Source of the DNA: the human T2T-CHM13v2.0 reference genome, Homo sapiens
Length of the DNA stretch: 64,000 nucleotides
Assembly (NCBI RefSeq): GCF_009914755.1
Contig: NC_060942.1
Direction: 5' to 3' (one strand)
The position numbers and the translations under genes were made by a program. Shown here piece by piece: positions 1-14,300 of this stretch. Under the pieces are notes generated by a model that saw nothing but the letters and a program-made list of their open reading frames with translations, did not search any database and had not been told where the DNA came from. Position 1 is the first letter of the stretch. Each line of letters begins with the position of its first letter.

Positions 1-1948
1 TTCCTTCATTTATGAAGCTTAGTTTCACTGGATACAAAATTATTGGCTGATAATTGTTTTCCTCAAAAAGGCTGAAGATAGGGCCCCAATCCCTTCTAGC
101 TCGTAGGGTTTCTGCTGAGAAATCTGCTGTAAATATGATAGATTTTCCTTTGTAGATTACCTGATGCTTTTGCCTCAAGCTCTGAAGATTCTTTTCTTCA
201 TCTTGACTTTAGATAACCTGGTGACTACATGCCTAGGTGATGATCTTTTTGTAATGATTTTCCCAGGTGCTCTTTGAGCTTTTTGTATATGGAAGGCCAG
301 GTAAGTTTTCCTTGATTATTTCCTCAGATATGTTTTCCATACTTTTAGCTTTCTCTTCTTTCTTGGGAACATCAGTTATTCTTAGGTTTGAATGTTTAAC
401 ATAGACCCAAACTTCTTGGGGGCTTTGTTCATTTTTTTAAAATTCTTTTCTCTTGGTCTTTGATAAATCATGTTAATTTGAAAGCCTTGTCTTTGAGCTC
501 TGAGGTTCTTTCAGATATTTCTTCAGTCCTATTGCTGAGACTTTCCAGTGCATTTTGCATTTCTCTAAGTGTGCCCTTGATTTCCAAAAGTTGTGATTTT
601 TTTTATTTCTGCTATCTATGTCACTGAGTAATTTTCCTTTCATATTCTGTATCATGTTTTTGATTTCTATAAGTTGGACTTCACCTTTCTCTGGTGCCTC
701 TTTGATTAGCTTAATGATCGACCTTCTGAATTCTTGTTCTAGCAATTCATAGATTTCGTCTTGGTTTGGATTCATTGCTGGTGAGCTGATATGATCTTTT
801 GGGGGTGTTAAAGAACCTTGTTTTGTCATATTACCAGATTGTTTTTCTGGTACTTTCTTATTTGGGTAGACTTTGTCAGAGGGAAGATCTGGGATTCAAG
901 GGCTGCTGTTCAGATAATTTTGTCTGACAAGGTGTTCCTTGATGTGGTGTTCTCCCACTTCCCCTAGGAATGGGGCTTCCTGAGAGCTGAACTGTAGTGA
1001 TTGTTTTTGCTCTTCTGGGTCTAGCCACACAGCGGAGCTACTGGGCTCTGGGCCGGCACTGGGTAGTGTCTGCAAAGAGTTCTGTGATGTGAGCCATCTT
1101 CAGGTCTTGCAGCTGTAGATATAAGCATCTGCTCGGGTGAGGTAGCAGGGGAGTGAAGAGGACTCCATGAGGGTCCTTGGTTGTGTTTTGTTTAGTGCAC
1201 TGGGTTTTTGTTGGTTGACCTCCACCAGAAGGTGGCACTTTCAAAAGTGCGTCAGCTATGGTCCTATAGGGAGGATGCAAACTTGCCCTAGGGACATCTG
1301 GTTAAGTGTTCAGGTGGTGGGAAGGGCCACAGAGCTGGAAAGAGTTTATGACCTTTGTCTTCCGCTACCAGGACGGGTAGAGAAAGACCACCAGGTGGGG
1401 GCAGATATACACATGTTTATATAGAGTTCAGCCTCCCCCTGGGCAGGGCTTGCTGTGGCTTTCGTGGGGGATGGAGTGTGGTTCCCAGTCTAATGGAGTT
1501 GTATTTCCAGGAGCATTATGGATGCCTCTGCTAAGTCATAAAGGTCGCCAAGCAAGTGAAGGAAAGCCAGCAGTTGCAGACCTCACCTTGTTCCCATGAA
1601 GCCCTCAGTCCCATGCAGCCCTCAGTCCTCAGGCCAATCTTACCCCCACCCTGGCTCCCACAACAGCACCAAGGCTATTTCCAGGCAGCCAGTGACCAGG
1701 GCTGAGAACCTGCCCCAGACCGTGACCCTCCCCATTGAGAAAGCAAGCAGACTCACAGGTTTTTGACATCTCAGGGAGCTTGTAGTGGTGATCCAGCTCC
1801 TTCAAAGGGTCTATGGATTATCTTGGCTTCCCTGGTATGTTCCCACAGTAGTTCTTGGAGCAAAAGTTCACAGTGTGAGCTTCCACATGCTTTTCTGTCC
1901 ATCCAAGTGGCAGTTGCAAGCTAGTCCTGCCTCCTGTCCACCACCTTA
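1..1948 (-). mobile_element. LINE-1 (L1PB/L1PREC-like) 5' UTR and decayed ORF1; element continues beyond the left edge
   Basis: ORF 473..829 (-) MTKQGSLTPPKDHISSPAMNPNQDEIYEL..EFRRSIIKLIKEAPEKG resembles the ORF1p N-terminus of older primate L1s. Bases 1-300 match the ORF1 C-terminal region. GC-richer 5' UTR ends at GCTAGTCCTGCCTCCTGTCCACCACCTT (~1920-1948). Confidence 0.88.
473..829 (-). pseudogene. Frameshifted L1 ORF1p N-terminal remnant
   Basis: First ~75 aa are L1 ORF1p-like, then the frame is lost after the T-run near 600. Confidence 0.8.
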
Positions 1949-2850
1949 AACAGTAACCCCTGCAATGAACTTCAGCCTGGACATCCAGGCATTTCCTTAC
2001 ATCCCCTGAAATCTAGGTGGAGAATCCCAAACCTCAATTCTTGACTGCTATGTACCCACAGTCTCAACACCACATGGAAGCCACCAAGGCTTGGAGATTG
2101 CACCCTCTGAAGCAATCGTCCAGCTGTACCATGGCCCCTTTTAGCAATGCCTGGAGCTGAAGCAGCTGGGACACAGGGTGCCATGTCCCAAGGCTGCACA
2201 GAGCAGGGAGACCCTGAGCCTGGCCCAGGAAGCCATTTTCCCTTGTAGGCATCTAGGCCTGAGATGGGAGGGCTGCCATGAAGGTCTCTGACAAGCCCTG
2301 GAGACATTTTCACCATTGTCTTAGGAATTAACATTTGGCTCTTCGCTACTTATGCAAATCCCTTCAGCTGGCTTGAATTTCTCCTCAGAAAATGGGTTTT
2401 TATTTTCTATTGCATCATCTGGCTGCAAATTTTCCAAACTTTTATGCTCTTCTTCCTCTTGAATGCTTTGCTACTTAGAAATTTCTTCTGCCAGATACCT
2501 TAAATCATCTCTCTCAAGTTCAAAGTTCCACAGATCTCTAGGGCAGGAGGTGCAAAATGCTGCCAGTCTCTTTGCTAAAACACAACAAGAGTGACCTTTA
2601 CTCCAGTTCCCAACAAGTTCCTCATCTCCATATGAGACCACCTCAGCCTGGATGTTATTGTCCATATCACCATCAACATTTTGGTCACAGCCATTCAACA
2701 AGTCTCTAGGAAGTTCCAAACTTTCCCACGTCTTCCTGTCTTCTGAGTCCCTCAAGCTGTTCCAACCTCTGCCTATTACCCAGTTTCAAAGTTGCTTCCA
2801 AATACTCAGGTATCTTGTAGCAATACCCCACTACCTCAGTACCAATTTAC
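1949..2850 (-). mobile_element. ERVL-MaLR internal sequence (THE1/MST-int)
   Basis: Minus-strand translation EDRKTWESLELPRDLLNGCDQN..EELVGNWSKGHSC..CPRDLWNFELERDDLRYLAEEISK is the typical MaLR-int ORF relic. Joins the LTR at GTACCAATTTAC (2850). Confidence 0.92.
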
Positions 2851-3524
<674 letters not shown>

Positions 3525-5488
3525 AACTCCAATATCATTTGCATAAAAACTATAAAAAGAGAAGTATTTAGATATAAATTTAACAAAATACTTGCAGCAT
3601 CTTTGTGCTAAAATCTATTAAGCACTAATGAAAGATATACTGTGTTCATAGATTTGAAAATTCAATATTAAGATGTTCCCAGTTTGATCTATAGATTCAT
3701 CACTACTCTAATCAAAATCCCAGAAAGCTTTTATATAGATATTGACAAGCTGATTCTAAAATTTGTATGGAATGCTGAAGTCAGTAAAGTAGCCAAAACT
3801 ATTGTAAAAAAGAAAAACAAAATTTGGAGAATTCATACTACATTATTCCAGTTCTTACTGTAAAGTTGCAAAAATCAATAGTGTACAAAGGATAGATATA
3901 GATTAATGAAACAGGATAGAAAGTCCAGCAATAGATTTACACAGGGAAAGTCAACTGATTTTTGACAAAGATTCAAAAGAAATTCAGTGGAGACAGAATA
4001 GTCTTTACAAGAAATGGTGCTGGAAAAATAGGACCTTCATATGCAAAAGAATGAATCTTGATATTTACCTTATACCTTACCCAAAAATTATCTCAAAATG
4101 CAACTACTGACCAAAATATTAAATACAAAACTATAAAAATAGATGAAACATAGGTAAAATATGTTTCATCTTGAGTTTGGCAATGAGTTTTTAGATATAT
4201 CACCAAAAGTGCTGTTTATAAAGTTAAAAAAAATAAAAAGCACACAATGGATACCCTGGAATTTATCTAAATTTCAGAAGAATATTTCAAGAAAAGCACT
4301 ATAACAGAATAAAAATCACAAGCTAGAGTCTTGTAGGAATATTTATATGTTAAATATTGAATAAAGAACTTGTATCCAAAATATAGAAAGGAGTTCTAAA
4401 ACTCGTCAATAAGAAAACAATCTAATAAAAAATGGGAAACTATCTGAATAGACACTTCACTGAAGCAGAAAAATGGATGGCCAATAAGCCTGTATAACAT
4501 TGTACAGAATCATTTGTCATTAGAGAAATCCAAATTAAAACTGGAATAATATACAATTTACTAAAATTTAAAAAAATGATCATACCAGCTGATAAGGCTA
4601 ACAGATTATCTCCCAAGTGCTGAGAACTGTTCCTTGTCAATGATGAGAAGCTGAAATGTTATAATCACTTGGAAGAGAGTTTAGAATGTTTTTTAAAAAG
4701 TTAACCATACACTTACCATAAGATTCAGCAATCTCACCCCTTAGGCATTTACCTAAATGAATCAAAAACATACTCATACAAAAACTTATATACAAATGTT
4801 AAGAGTAATTTTATTAATAATTACCAAAAACCTGAAACAACCAAGATTTTCTTTAAGAGCTGAATAGATAACAAACTGTGATACTTACATAAATGGAAAT
4901 AATACACAGCAATAAAAAGGAATGAGCTATTGATTTATGCAACAACATGGATGAAACTTAAATGGATTTTGCAAAGTGAAAAAAGCTTACATATCATGCA
5001 TATTACATGATTAAATTTATATGACATTATGAAAAGAAGATAGTCGTAGGTTTAGAAAATAGATATGTATTTGTGAGGAGTTTTGAAACTTGAAAGTGAT
5101 TAAATACAAAGGGGCTATACAGGTGAGCTCTTAGTGTAGTATAACCATTCTCTTTAGTCCTAGACTGGTAGATACATAGCTCTATGCATTTATCAAAGTC
5201 CATAAAAATGTACATCTCAAGAAAAAGAAACTTTATCATATACCAAACTTTACTGTAAAAATAAGTCAACCAGAATCTTGGAGGAATCCCAAAATAGATC
5301 TAACTATATAACAAATGTGTGACTTAATTTCACAAAAGGTGGTATAGAAAAGCAGAGCTGACCTAAATAACGTTAGAAACATTCTTTTCGACGTAAGGCT
5401 TAGGTCAAAGAAACTGTGAATAAACACCATACTCTAGTGTTTAATTTATTTCTTACAGGGGTACAATTAGCGGTCTTGAGACGCCTTT

Positions 5489-5494
<6 letters not shown>

Positions 5495-5539
<45 letters not shown>
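5495..5539. repeat. (CA)n microsatellite followed by (TA)n
   Basis: Directly visible, about 22 uninterrupted AC units. Confidence 0.97.
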
Positions 5540-5549
<10 letters not shown>

Positions 5550-5759
5550 AAATCCAGCAATAGATTTATATAGATCTATATATAAAAATATATATATGGT
5601 TGAATAAAGAAGTAAATAAATTGTAGATAGTGGGATCCAGGTTTCTTTGTGACAGAGAAAGAAGTAACAAATAAGAGAATGGGAAGGCTAGAATGAATTT
5701 TGTGGTGCTGAAGTACAGATGTCAGTATGAACTAGTTTCTATTTTAAAAGATATACAGA

Positions 5760-6082
5760 TATATTCAGCAATAAATATTGATATGTGTATGTAATGAATA
5801 CATAAACATACATATTACAGGTACATGTATATATATACATGTAAATACAAATATGTGTATATATATATACAGGTATATATATATGAACATACATATACAT
5901 ATATATGCATATATAAACACATTTATCTGCAGACATACAAATACATAAGCAGTTAAATTATAGTAAATTTTATATAATTTATTGATATAAGTGGTAATTT
6001 ATATATATATTATTTTATATATTTTATTTTTATAATTTATAAATATGTGTAAATGATATATTTCTATATTTATTTATATAGT
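5760..6082. repeat. Degenerate (TA)/(TACA) low-complexity AT-rich tract
   Basis: Directly visible; explains the spurious Y/I/C-rich ORF 5739..5936. Confidence 0.85.
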
Positions 6083-7083
6083 ATAGATGTAAAATGTACT
6101 ATCGCTCTTAAATGAGTGAGTGTGAAAAGACTGAAATGCAAATAGTCTTGATTTCAAAATACCAGTCTCCAGTAAAAAGAACACCGGGGCTCCTTGGAGA
6201 AATGTCTTATTTTAGAGTGTGCTGATGTGCAGAGAAAATGCAGGATGAGTCCAAAGGATCTTGTGGTATTTGAAAGTAAGGAACTACTAAAAAAATTAAA
6301 TAAATTAGAGAATGGATATTGTCAAAAGGACACATGAGCCAACAATGGCCAAAGTTGGAATGATTTGAGCAATAAAATGTGTAGTGACACTGTTAAGTTA
6401 TAACCCAAAGTATGAAATAATATTCTGGAGTTCAAATTCAAATTTGCAAATGATACCATAAAATAGGAAATGAGGAAGAAGGGACAAAACATCCTTATAG
6501 AATAATTGCAAATAATATATGTAGTTATTCTCCCCTGGAGTGGGGAAATGGCTTAATTCTCCTCTTCCGAAATGTGGACTTGATTTAGAGACTTGTTACA
6601 ATGAATAGGCATGAAAAGAGAAAAACAATAACTTCATGGGAAGAAACCTGGAAGATACCATCTTAACCTGGTATTTCTGTTGTATTTCAAAAAAACTGTA
6701 ACCCTAGCCTAATCATAAGAAAGCATCAAACTCAAATTGAAAGATCATTTGCAAAATACTTGGCCAATATTAAAACTGTCAAAGTCATAAAAATAAGAAA
6801 AGGTTGAGAAAATATCAGATAGGTGAAGACTAAGGAAACTAGACTACTAAATGAAATTTGGGACCCTGGAGCAGAAAATAGACATTATTGAAAAAAGGGA
6901 TGAATTCTGAATAAAGTCTTTAGTTAATGTATTGCACCAAGGTTAATTACGTAGTTTGAAAAATTTGCTATGGTTATGTAAGATGCTAACATTAGGTGAA
7001 AATGAAGGCAGAGTACACAGAAACTCTATTATGTTTCTAACTTTACAGCTAATTTAAAAGTATTTCAAAATAAAAAAGTTTTT

Positions 7084-8080
<997 letters not shown>

Positions 8081-8929
8081 ATAATCATTTTGAAGAAAGG
8101 AGATGAAATGAAGCAATGGTGCTAAGAAAATGAGATCCCTGTTAGTACATACAGTTCTATGTGCATTAATTTTTTTATATTTCTATGGATATATTATACT
8201 TCAATAAGACCAATTTTCACTTATAAAAATGTCAAATTTAAAAAACTTGATTTTATCTCATACTTATAAAATGGTGCAGTGGGAATTATCATGTAATACT
8301 GCAAATTGACAGCATTTTTAGAACATATTCACAATATTCATTTAATAAAGATCCTGATAGAAGTCACACCCACATAATGTTTGGAGGGATTATAGATTTA
8401 AATTTTTAAATGTAGATAAAATTAAATGTTACATACACATATTTTTTACAGATACAAATTTTAATATTAAATATGTATATACACATATACAAACTTTTTT
8501 TCTCACATACGTGCAAGTGAACTAAAATGAAAAATCAATACAGCAAAAAAGAATTTTTGTGATATTGAGATAATAAACCCACTGCACATTATATTTACGT
8601 GCTTACAGTTTGGTCTTTTTTTTTTTTTTTTGCAAATATATGCAGTAAAATATCAAAATAAATATTAATAAAATAATGAACAAAAACATGAAGAAGTGTA
8701 ATTGGTAATACGTAACAGAGGTTTAATGTCTTAAAAACAGTTTTTCATTAATAAGAAACTCTAGCTGAAAATGGAGAAAAGTATGAATTAATTCATGAAA
8801 GATTTTGTAACGAAAAAGAAAAAATGCATATAACACACTAGTAACTAAAATGCATACTAAATTAACAGTTAGTACTAAAGCTAAGAGTACTTCACCCTGA
8901 AGTATGTAACACAGAATATACACATTTTA

Positions 8930-9386
8930 GCTAAAAGACATGTTAGAATATTCATAATATCACTATTATAGCCAAAACTTGTAATTAACACAAATGTCAA
9001 TCAACAGGAAAACAGATTAACATATGAAGTATATTCACTTAATAAAATGAGAAGAAAGTGCATATTGTTATATGCAACAACATAGGTGAGATTCACAAAC
9101 ATCATTTTTGAGCATAAGAAGCTACATTCCAAAGAGTACATATTGTATCATTCACTTTTTATAAATCTCAGAAACAGAAATCAAGGTAATTACCCTGGTA
9201 AGATACTGACTGAAAGGTACAAAAGAAGAACTTACAGGGTACTGGTGGTATTCTGTTTATTTTTTGTAGCAGATGACTACATGAGTCTATTCACGTGGTT
9301 AAAACTCATCAACCAGTACACTCATGATTTGTGTACCTTTCTGTAGGTATACCATACCTCAATAAAACCAGTTACAGAAAAAAAAT
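8930..9386 (+). mobile_element. L1ME-like 3' end
   Basis: ATAGCCAAAACTTG..CAAATGTCAATCAACAGG, ATGCAACAACATAGGTGA, and terminal ATACCTCAATAAAA with an A-tail. Confidence 0.7.
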
Positions 9387-9688
9387 AACATAGCTGTTCT
9401 ATTTTTATGGAGAGAAAAGTTGGCAGCACTGTGAGTAAAGCCCCATAAAACTAAGCTCTAAACTAAGGCCCATGAAAGATCTTCAAAAAGGTGATGTTGA
9501 GATTTAGTGGGAAACAAAAGTGTTTGTGGGACAAGGAGAAACTGGAAGACCACATTTGTAATGGGTGGAGTGAGGAGAAGCTGAGTACTTACGTAGGAGG
9601 GCAATTCCCTACATCTACATTCAGTTTTTAGCTACGCAGGACTTCCTGCTCTCAGGTGATTTTCCCACTGCTTCATAATAAGCTTAAG

Positions 9689-9878
9689 GCTATGGTTCTC
9701 AATTTTCAGTGTGCGTTAAGTACCATGTGGGACTCTTGTTACTAATGCAGATTGCTTGGCCTCATCCAGCGTGCATCCAGGCATCTCCAGTGGTTAGGGA
9801 CTGTGAATCTCCCTTTGTAATAAAATCCCTAAGCCATTCTGATGCCCGCGGTCCACTAATAGCACTTTGAGAAACACT
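9689..9878. mobile_element. MER5-type hAT-Charlie MITE
   Basis: ATGGTTCTCAA start, AATGCAGATTGCTTGGCCTCATCC, and CACTTTGAGAAACACTG end; ~190 bp with terminal inverted repeats. Confidence 0.75.
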
Positions 9879-11149
9879 GGCTGAGGCTGGGGTACATGAA
9901 TAGCCATGAGCATGGGTATTACAACAAAGTTGGCACCAAAAGCGTGAAGTTAGAAAAGACAACCACATAATTTACTGAAGCACTTTGCAACATATCTGTA
10001 ATTCAATAAATAGTAAAATCTGTTATTATTAACAGCCATAATTTAATTTTAAATTTGTACAATTACCTAAATTGAAACTTTAACTTGATCAAAAAATGTA
10101 ATGTTGGGGTTGGAAATAGTCAGCTGTTCTTTTGAGAGAAAAAATGTACCTGTTGGTAGTGGTTACCTGTGTTCAAAGCTAGATTATGTCATGGGCTCAA
10201 GGAAATGAAGAGAGCTCTTCAAAGTACCCATTAGAACATTGCAGAAGAACCATGAGTAATAACATTGCACTCTACTTTTTAGCACACCGTGTTGGACTTT
10301 GCTCTGTGGTCTGATTATACTTTTGATTACCCCAGGGCTAAGCATTTCTCAAGTGCTAAGTATAGGGACATTTGGATCTCAAACTTATCTTCTGTAATAG
10401 CATTTCTCAGGAATCCTCTAAAGAGAAAGTGACATTGCCAGGATAATTTTGAAGAACATTTTATTTAGCTACAATTCTGCTGTCATTTTCTATATGTTTG
10501 GTATTTCTCTCCCCTTTTGATTAATAGAGACATTCTCATAAATAAAAGATCTTAGTCTCTTCAAAGTGTCTGTCTTGGTCTCTTATTTCCCCTGTGAAGT
10601 CATAATCCCCCATTTGTGACATCACAGTCTTTCCACTGCAATCAACAGTGATGTTTCAAGCTGGGGATTAAATGCTTCAGAAGAGGAAGACTTTACAAGA
10701 GCAGAGGGACTCTCAAGGAATAAAGATCCAATTAGCATGTAAATGCCTGTTTTAGTTAAAAAATAAAAATAAAAAAAAACAAGGAATGAGTAGATAGTCC
10801 CACTGATTGGAATAGTTTACTTTGAAATAATGAATCTGGTTTTCCTTTTCACTCCCCTCTTCTACTCTCAGTTCCCTGTCTTCACCCTCACCCCCTTTCA
10901 GTGAATGAATATTTAAATGTTCAAAAAAAAAAACCACAACACTAAAGGTGGAGAAAGGCTGTAAACTATAAATGAGTATTGTTCCTCTATGCATAGTTTC
11001 TAGGTCTAGGAACTTAACCAGGATTGAGACAAAATTAAAGAGTGGCTGCTGCAAGAAAGAGTGATCTCAAATCTACATAATTTGGTCTTGTCCTCCCTCT
11101 CCCAATATTACTTTGCATCAACCTCCATCTCTATCACTAACTTTGACTA

Positions 11150-11570
11150 TGTTTGGCTAGCCAACCTTCAGATTTTAAAAATCTCAGTGCTCTTTTCGAG
11201 TTCAGAAATTCACTAAATGCTATTCCTACATCCAGGAGCACCCTTCGTCCACACTCTGCAAACCTTGCCCTACTCATCATTCAAGTTGAACCATCAATGC
11301 TACTTTCCCTGAGAGGCCTTAATTGACCCTTTGCCACTTTCATTTACATTAGACCTTGATATTTGATTTTATGGCACCTTGACACTTTTCCATTAAGTAT
11401 TACAATTCCATTAGATGTTTATGTGTTTGATTTTTCTGGGAAATGTTTGCCTCCTCCACTAAGTTATACACTTTATACATGCAAGCAACACAACTGCTCT
11501 AGTCACCGCTGCATTTCAGCACTTAGGACAATGCCTGCCAGGCACATGTAATTGTATTAAATTCATAAAC
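11150..11570 (+). mobile_element. L2 3' fragment
   Basis: CCTACTCATCATTCAAG..ACTTTCCCTGAGAGGCCTT and CAGCACTTAGGACAATGCCTG..GGCACAT resemble the L2 3' end. Confidence 0.6.
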
Positions 11571-13439
11571 AAGGTATATATATATATATATATATACACA
11601 TACATATAGCCATCTTTGTGGGAGTGTGTAGCAGAATCCCTGCTTTGAATGAAAAAAAAATGGCTTCCAAATTCACATCAAACTTGAAATTTTTACAATT
11701 CCTAAAGTAATTCCTGACCACTCTCATCAGATACTACTGCTCTGTGGAGCTGTGTGATTACTTATAAAGTAGAAGATGAACATTGACACATAATCCAGTC
11801 AAGAGAGGGGGTATTACACTGGGGATTCATCACTTAAACTATTTATTAGGAACATATCTGTATAAGCAGGTTGAACAAATAATTTATCATCCAGTGGGGG
11901 CTCTTTTATGAATGAAAGGTTTTGCTATTTATAATCATGCTAGGACCATGGGCATAAACCAGAACTGCCTTAGGCAAATCAAGACATAACGTCATCTTTT
12001 GTGTCAGATACTGTGGTAGATCTTAGAGAATATACAGATAAAATAATAAAAGTTACATATCCTGAAAGTTCATATAGTATAGTATGTTGGGGAAGTAGTA
12101 TATAGAAACTCATAACTATAAAGTAATAAAATTTTTTCTTAAGAGAGTTATAGATTAAGTGCCATAGATGTTCAGAGTAAATATCTACAAAGAGATCAAT
12201 GATTATTTGTGAGGAATGCAAAAATATGTTAACTGTGCGCTAATATACCAGTTCTTCAAATGACCTCACTATAACATTATACAAAAACATCACACTATTT
12301 TATACCAATGCCCTAACCTGACATAACTTAGGGTCGTAAGATCTACTTACAGTGTGAAGAAAGAGAAGGGAAGTAAGTACTATCTATATTTCCCATCTGT
12401 GAATTCTTTCCTGTCGAATGAAATACTCTCTGAGGAAGCCTGTATCCTTCTTCCCCTGTTGCTCTTACGCACAATCAATAATTTGTAGGCTTCCTGTACG
12501 TTGTCAGCTACATTGTGTTGATGAACGAACTGTTTAACTGGGGCTAGGCACACGAGATTGCTTAGTCATGCTCTATAGATACAGAGTGGGGCCACTAAGA
12601 TTCTATATATTTTCTCCTTATTTTTTGTAAAATTTTATATCATGGAATTTTAATTGTGAGCCTGGGGTTGATACTACAGGAATGCTGGTCCATTAATAGA
12701 AACACCTGTGGGATTAAGCAATGTAAAGTTGGCCCAAATTGGGTGGGAAATTTTTCTGCTAACCTTTATCCAAAGACCATTGTTTTGTCAGAATTTTAAA
12801 CTTAAATTTTTAAGTCAAGTTGGACTTAGAATACTGAAGATGAAAAAATTGCAACTCAGAAAGAAGAAATGGTTTGTCTGCCACACACTCAGAAGCAAAG
12901 TTATAAAAATATGTTGATATCCTGAATTTCAGTTGAGAATGCCATCTTTCACTGGTGGGGACATCCCATAATGACAAGGTACCTGATTTATGACTTCCAA
13001 TTTAGTGTTTAAAGTTTAGAGAAATTCTAGGTACAGGAAAGATATCTCTGGTACCAATGTCTTCTCAGATCGAAAAAGAAGCCTATATACCCCCTCTATC
13101 TTTAAAAGTTTTAAAAAGATCCAGAAATGTCATCGATTGTCAACTCTTATTATCTATGAACCAATGTTATAAGAAATCAGAACCATAAGGTAAAGCAATT
13201 AAGGCTTAGTTGTTCTAGAAATTTACATTATATTGTATTTTTAGTTTGGCGCCAAGAAATTCGGGCAATCTTAAGCATTCATGGAATTAAGGAATAGAAT
13301 TTTCTTTAAGCAAGGATGAAGGAGCCCTTACCTTAATTAGTGCTTTACTTTCTGGTAAGTACCATTAGGAATAGTGTTTGGGGATTGGTCAGCACTCACC
13401 CAGAAGACACATTTTCATCACCTCGAGGTATTATCACCA

Positions 13440-13690
13440 TCGTCATTATAATCATCATCAACAATCACAAATAATATAGAAATTATCAAGATAATGTAGA
13501 ATGTACTAAGGGTCAAGCGCTGCTCTATGTTGAAATAGATATACACATAAAATTTAATCTCTACAAAAGTCCTATGAAATAATCACTATTATTTTTCCGC
13601 TTTGACATATAAGGAAATTGTGACTTAAGACACAATTTCAGTTGCTGAGGACATAAATCAGTGTGAGTCAGGCTCCTTTGTCATGACTAA
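13440..13690 (-). mobile_element. MIR SINE remnant
   Basis: TTTAATCTCTACAAAAGTCCTATGAAATA..ATTATTTTTCCGCTTTGACATATAAGGAAATTGTGACTTA is a MIR core. Confidence 0.65.
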
Positions 13691-14174
13691 TATATATGCA
13701 TTATTCATTGGATTTGTAGATTGATGACTTAAGCATCAGTAGATTATGGATCTATTAGGTGCTATGATGTTCAGGAGGAGAAGCACGTGCGTTTGCAAGG
13801 GTGGTCAAGGAAGGCTGCGGTGATGAGGATGTACTTCCTGTGCTCATGAAGCAGAGTAGATATTATTGACACGTGAGGGCATTCCAAGATGGTGGCCATT
13901 TGTGGGAAAATAGAAGGGCTAGGATATTGGTGGTTGGGGTAGGGATGAGTGGACTAGATTTATAGAAATGGAAGATTTATGTGAAGCAAAAGTGAAGATA
14001 ATAATAGTGAGTAAAGCACACCTTAGTAATTAGGACAGCTGGGTGATCATTATGAACATGCTACCAACCACGTGTGAATTGGTAACTTTCTGATCTGTAA
14101 AATAATAACTACATGAACTCTAAAATTCTTCAAGTTTTAACTAATTCTTTGACTTTATGTTACAAGAAAAACAG

Positions 14175-14300
14175 ATATTTTAGTCCTCACTTTGTGCATC
14201 AAGAAATTGAAGTCCTGGAGAAAGTAAATGACTTGCCAGCATAACACAAGCAGTAAACAGCAGAACTAGGTCTAGTATTCAGGTCTTCTGACATTTAGCT
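14175..14300 (-). mobile_element. MIR SINE remnant
   Basis: AAGAAATTGAAGTCCTGGAGAAAGTAAATGACTTGCC..CAGGTCTTCTGAC. Confidence 0.6.

Larger units (their letters stand above)
3525..7083 (+). mobile_element. Old LINE-1 (L1MC/L1MD-like): 3' ORF2 remnant and long 3' UTR
   Basis: A-rich ORF2-like tracts (ATTGACAAGCTGATTCTAAAATTTGTATGG; CAACTGATTTTTGACAAAG; ACTTACCATAAGATTCAGCAATC; GCAACAACATGGATGAAACT) and a 3' end TATTTCAAAATAAAAAAG. Confidence 0.85.

Noticed and set aside
1592-1628. 17-bp tandem duplication in the L1 5' UTR (similar 13-bp one at ~15926)
   Set aside because: Ordinary slippage microduplications with mismatches.
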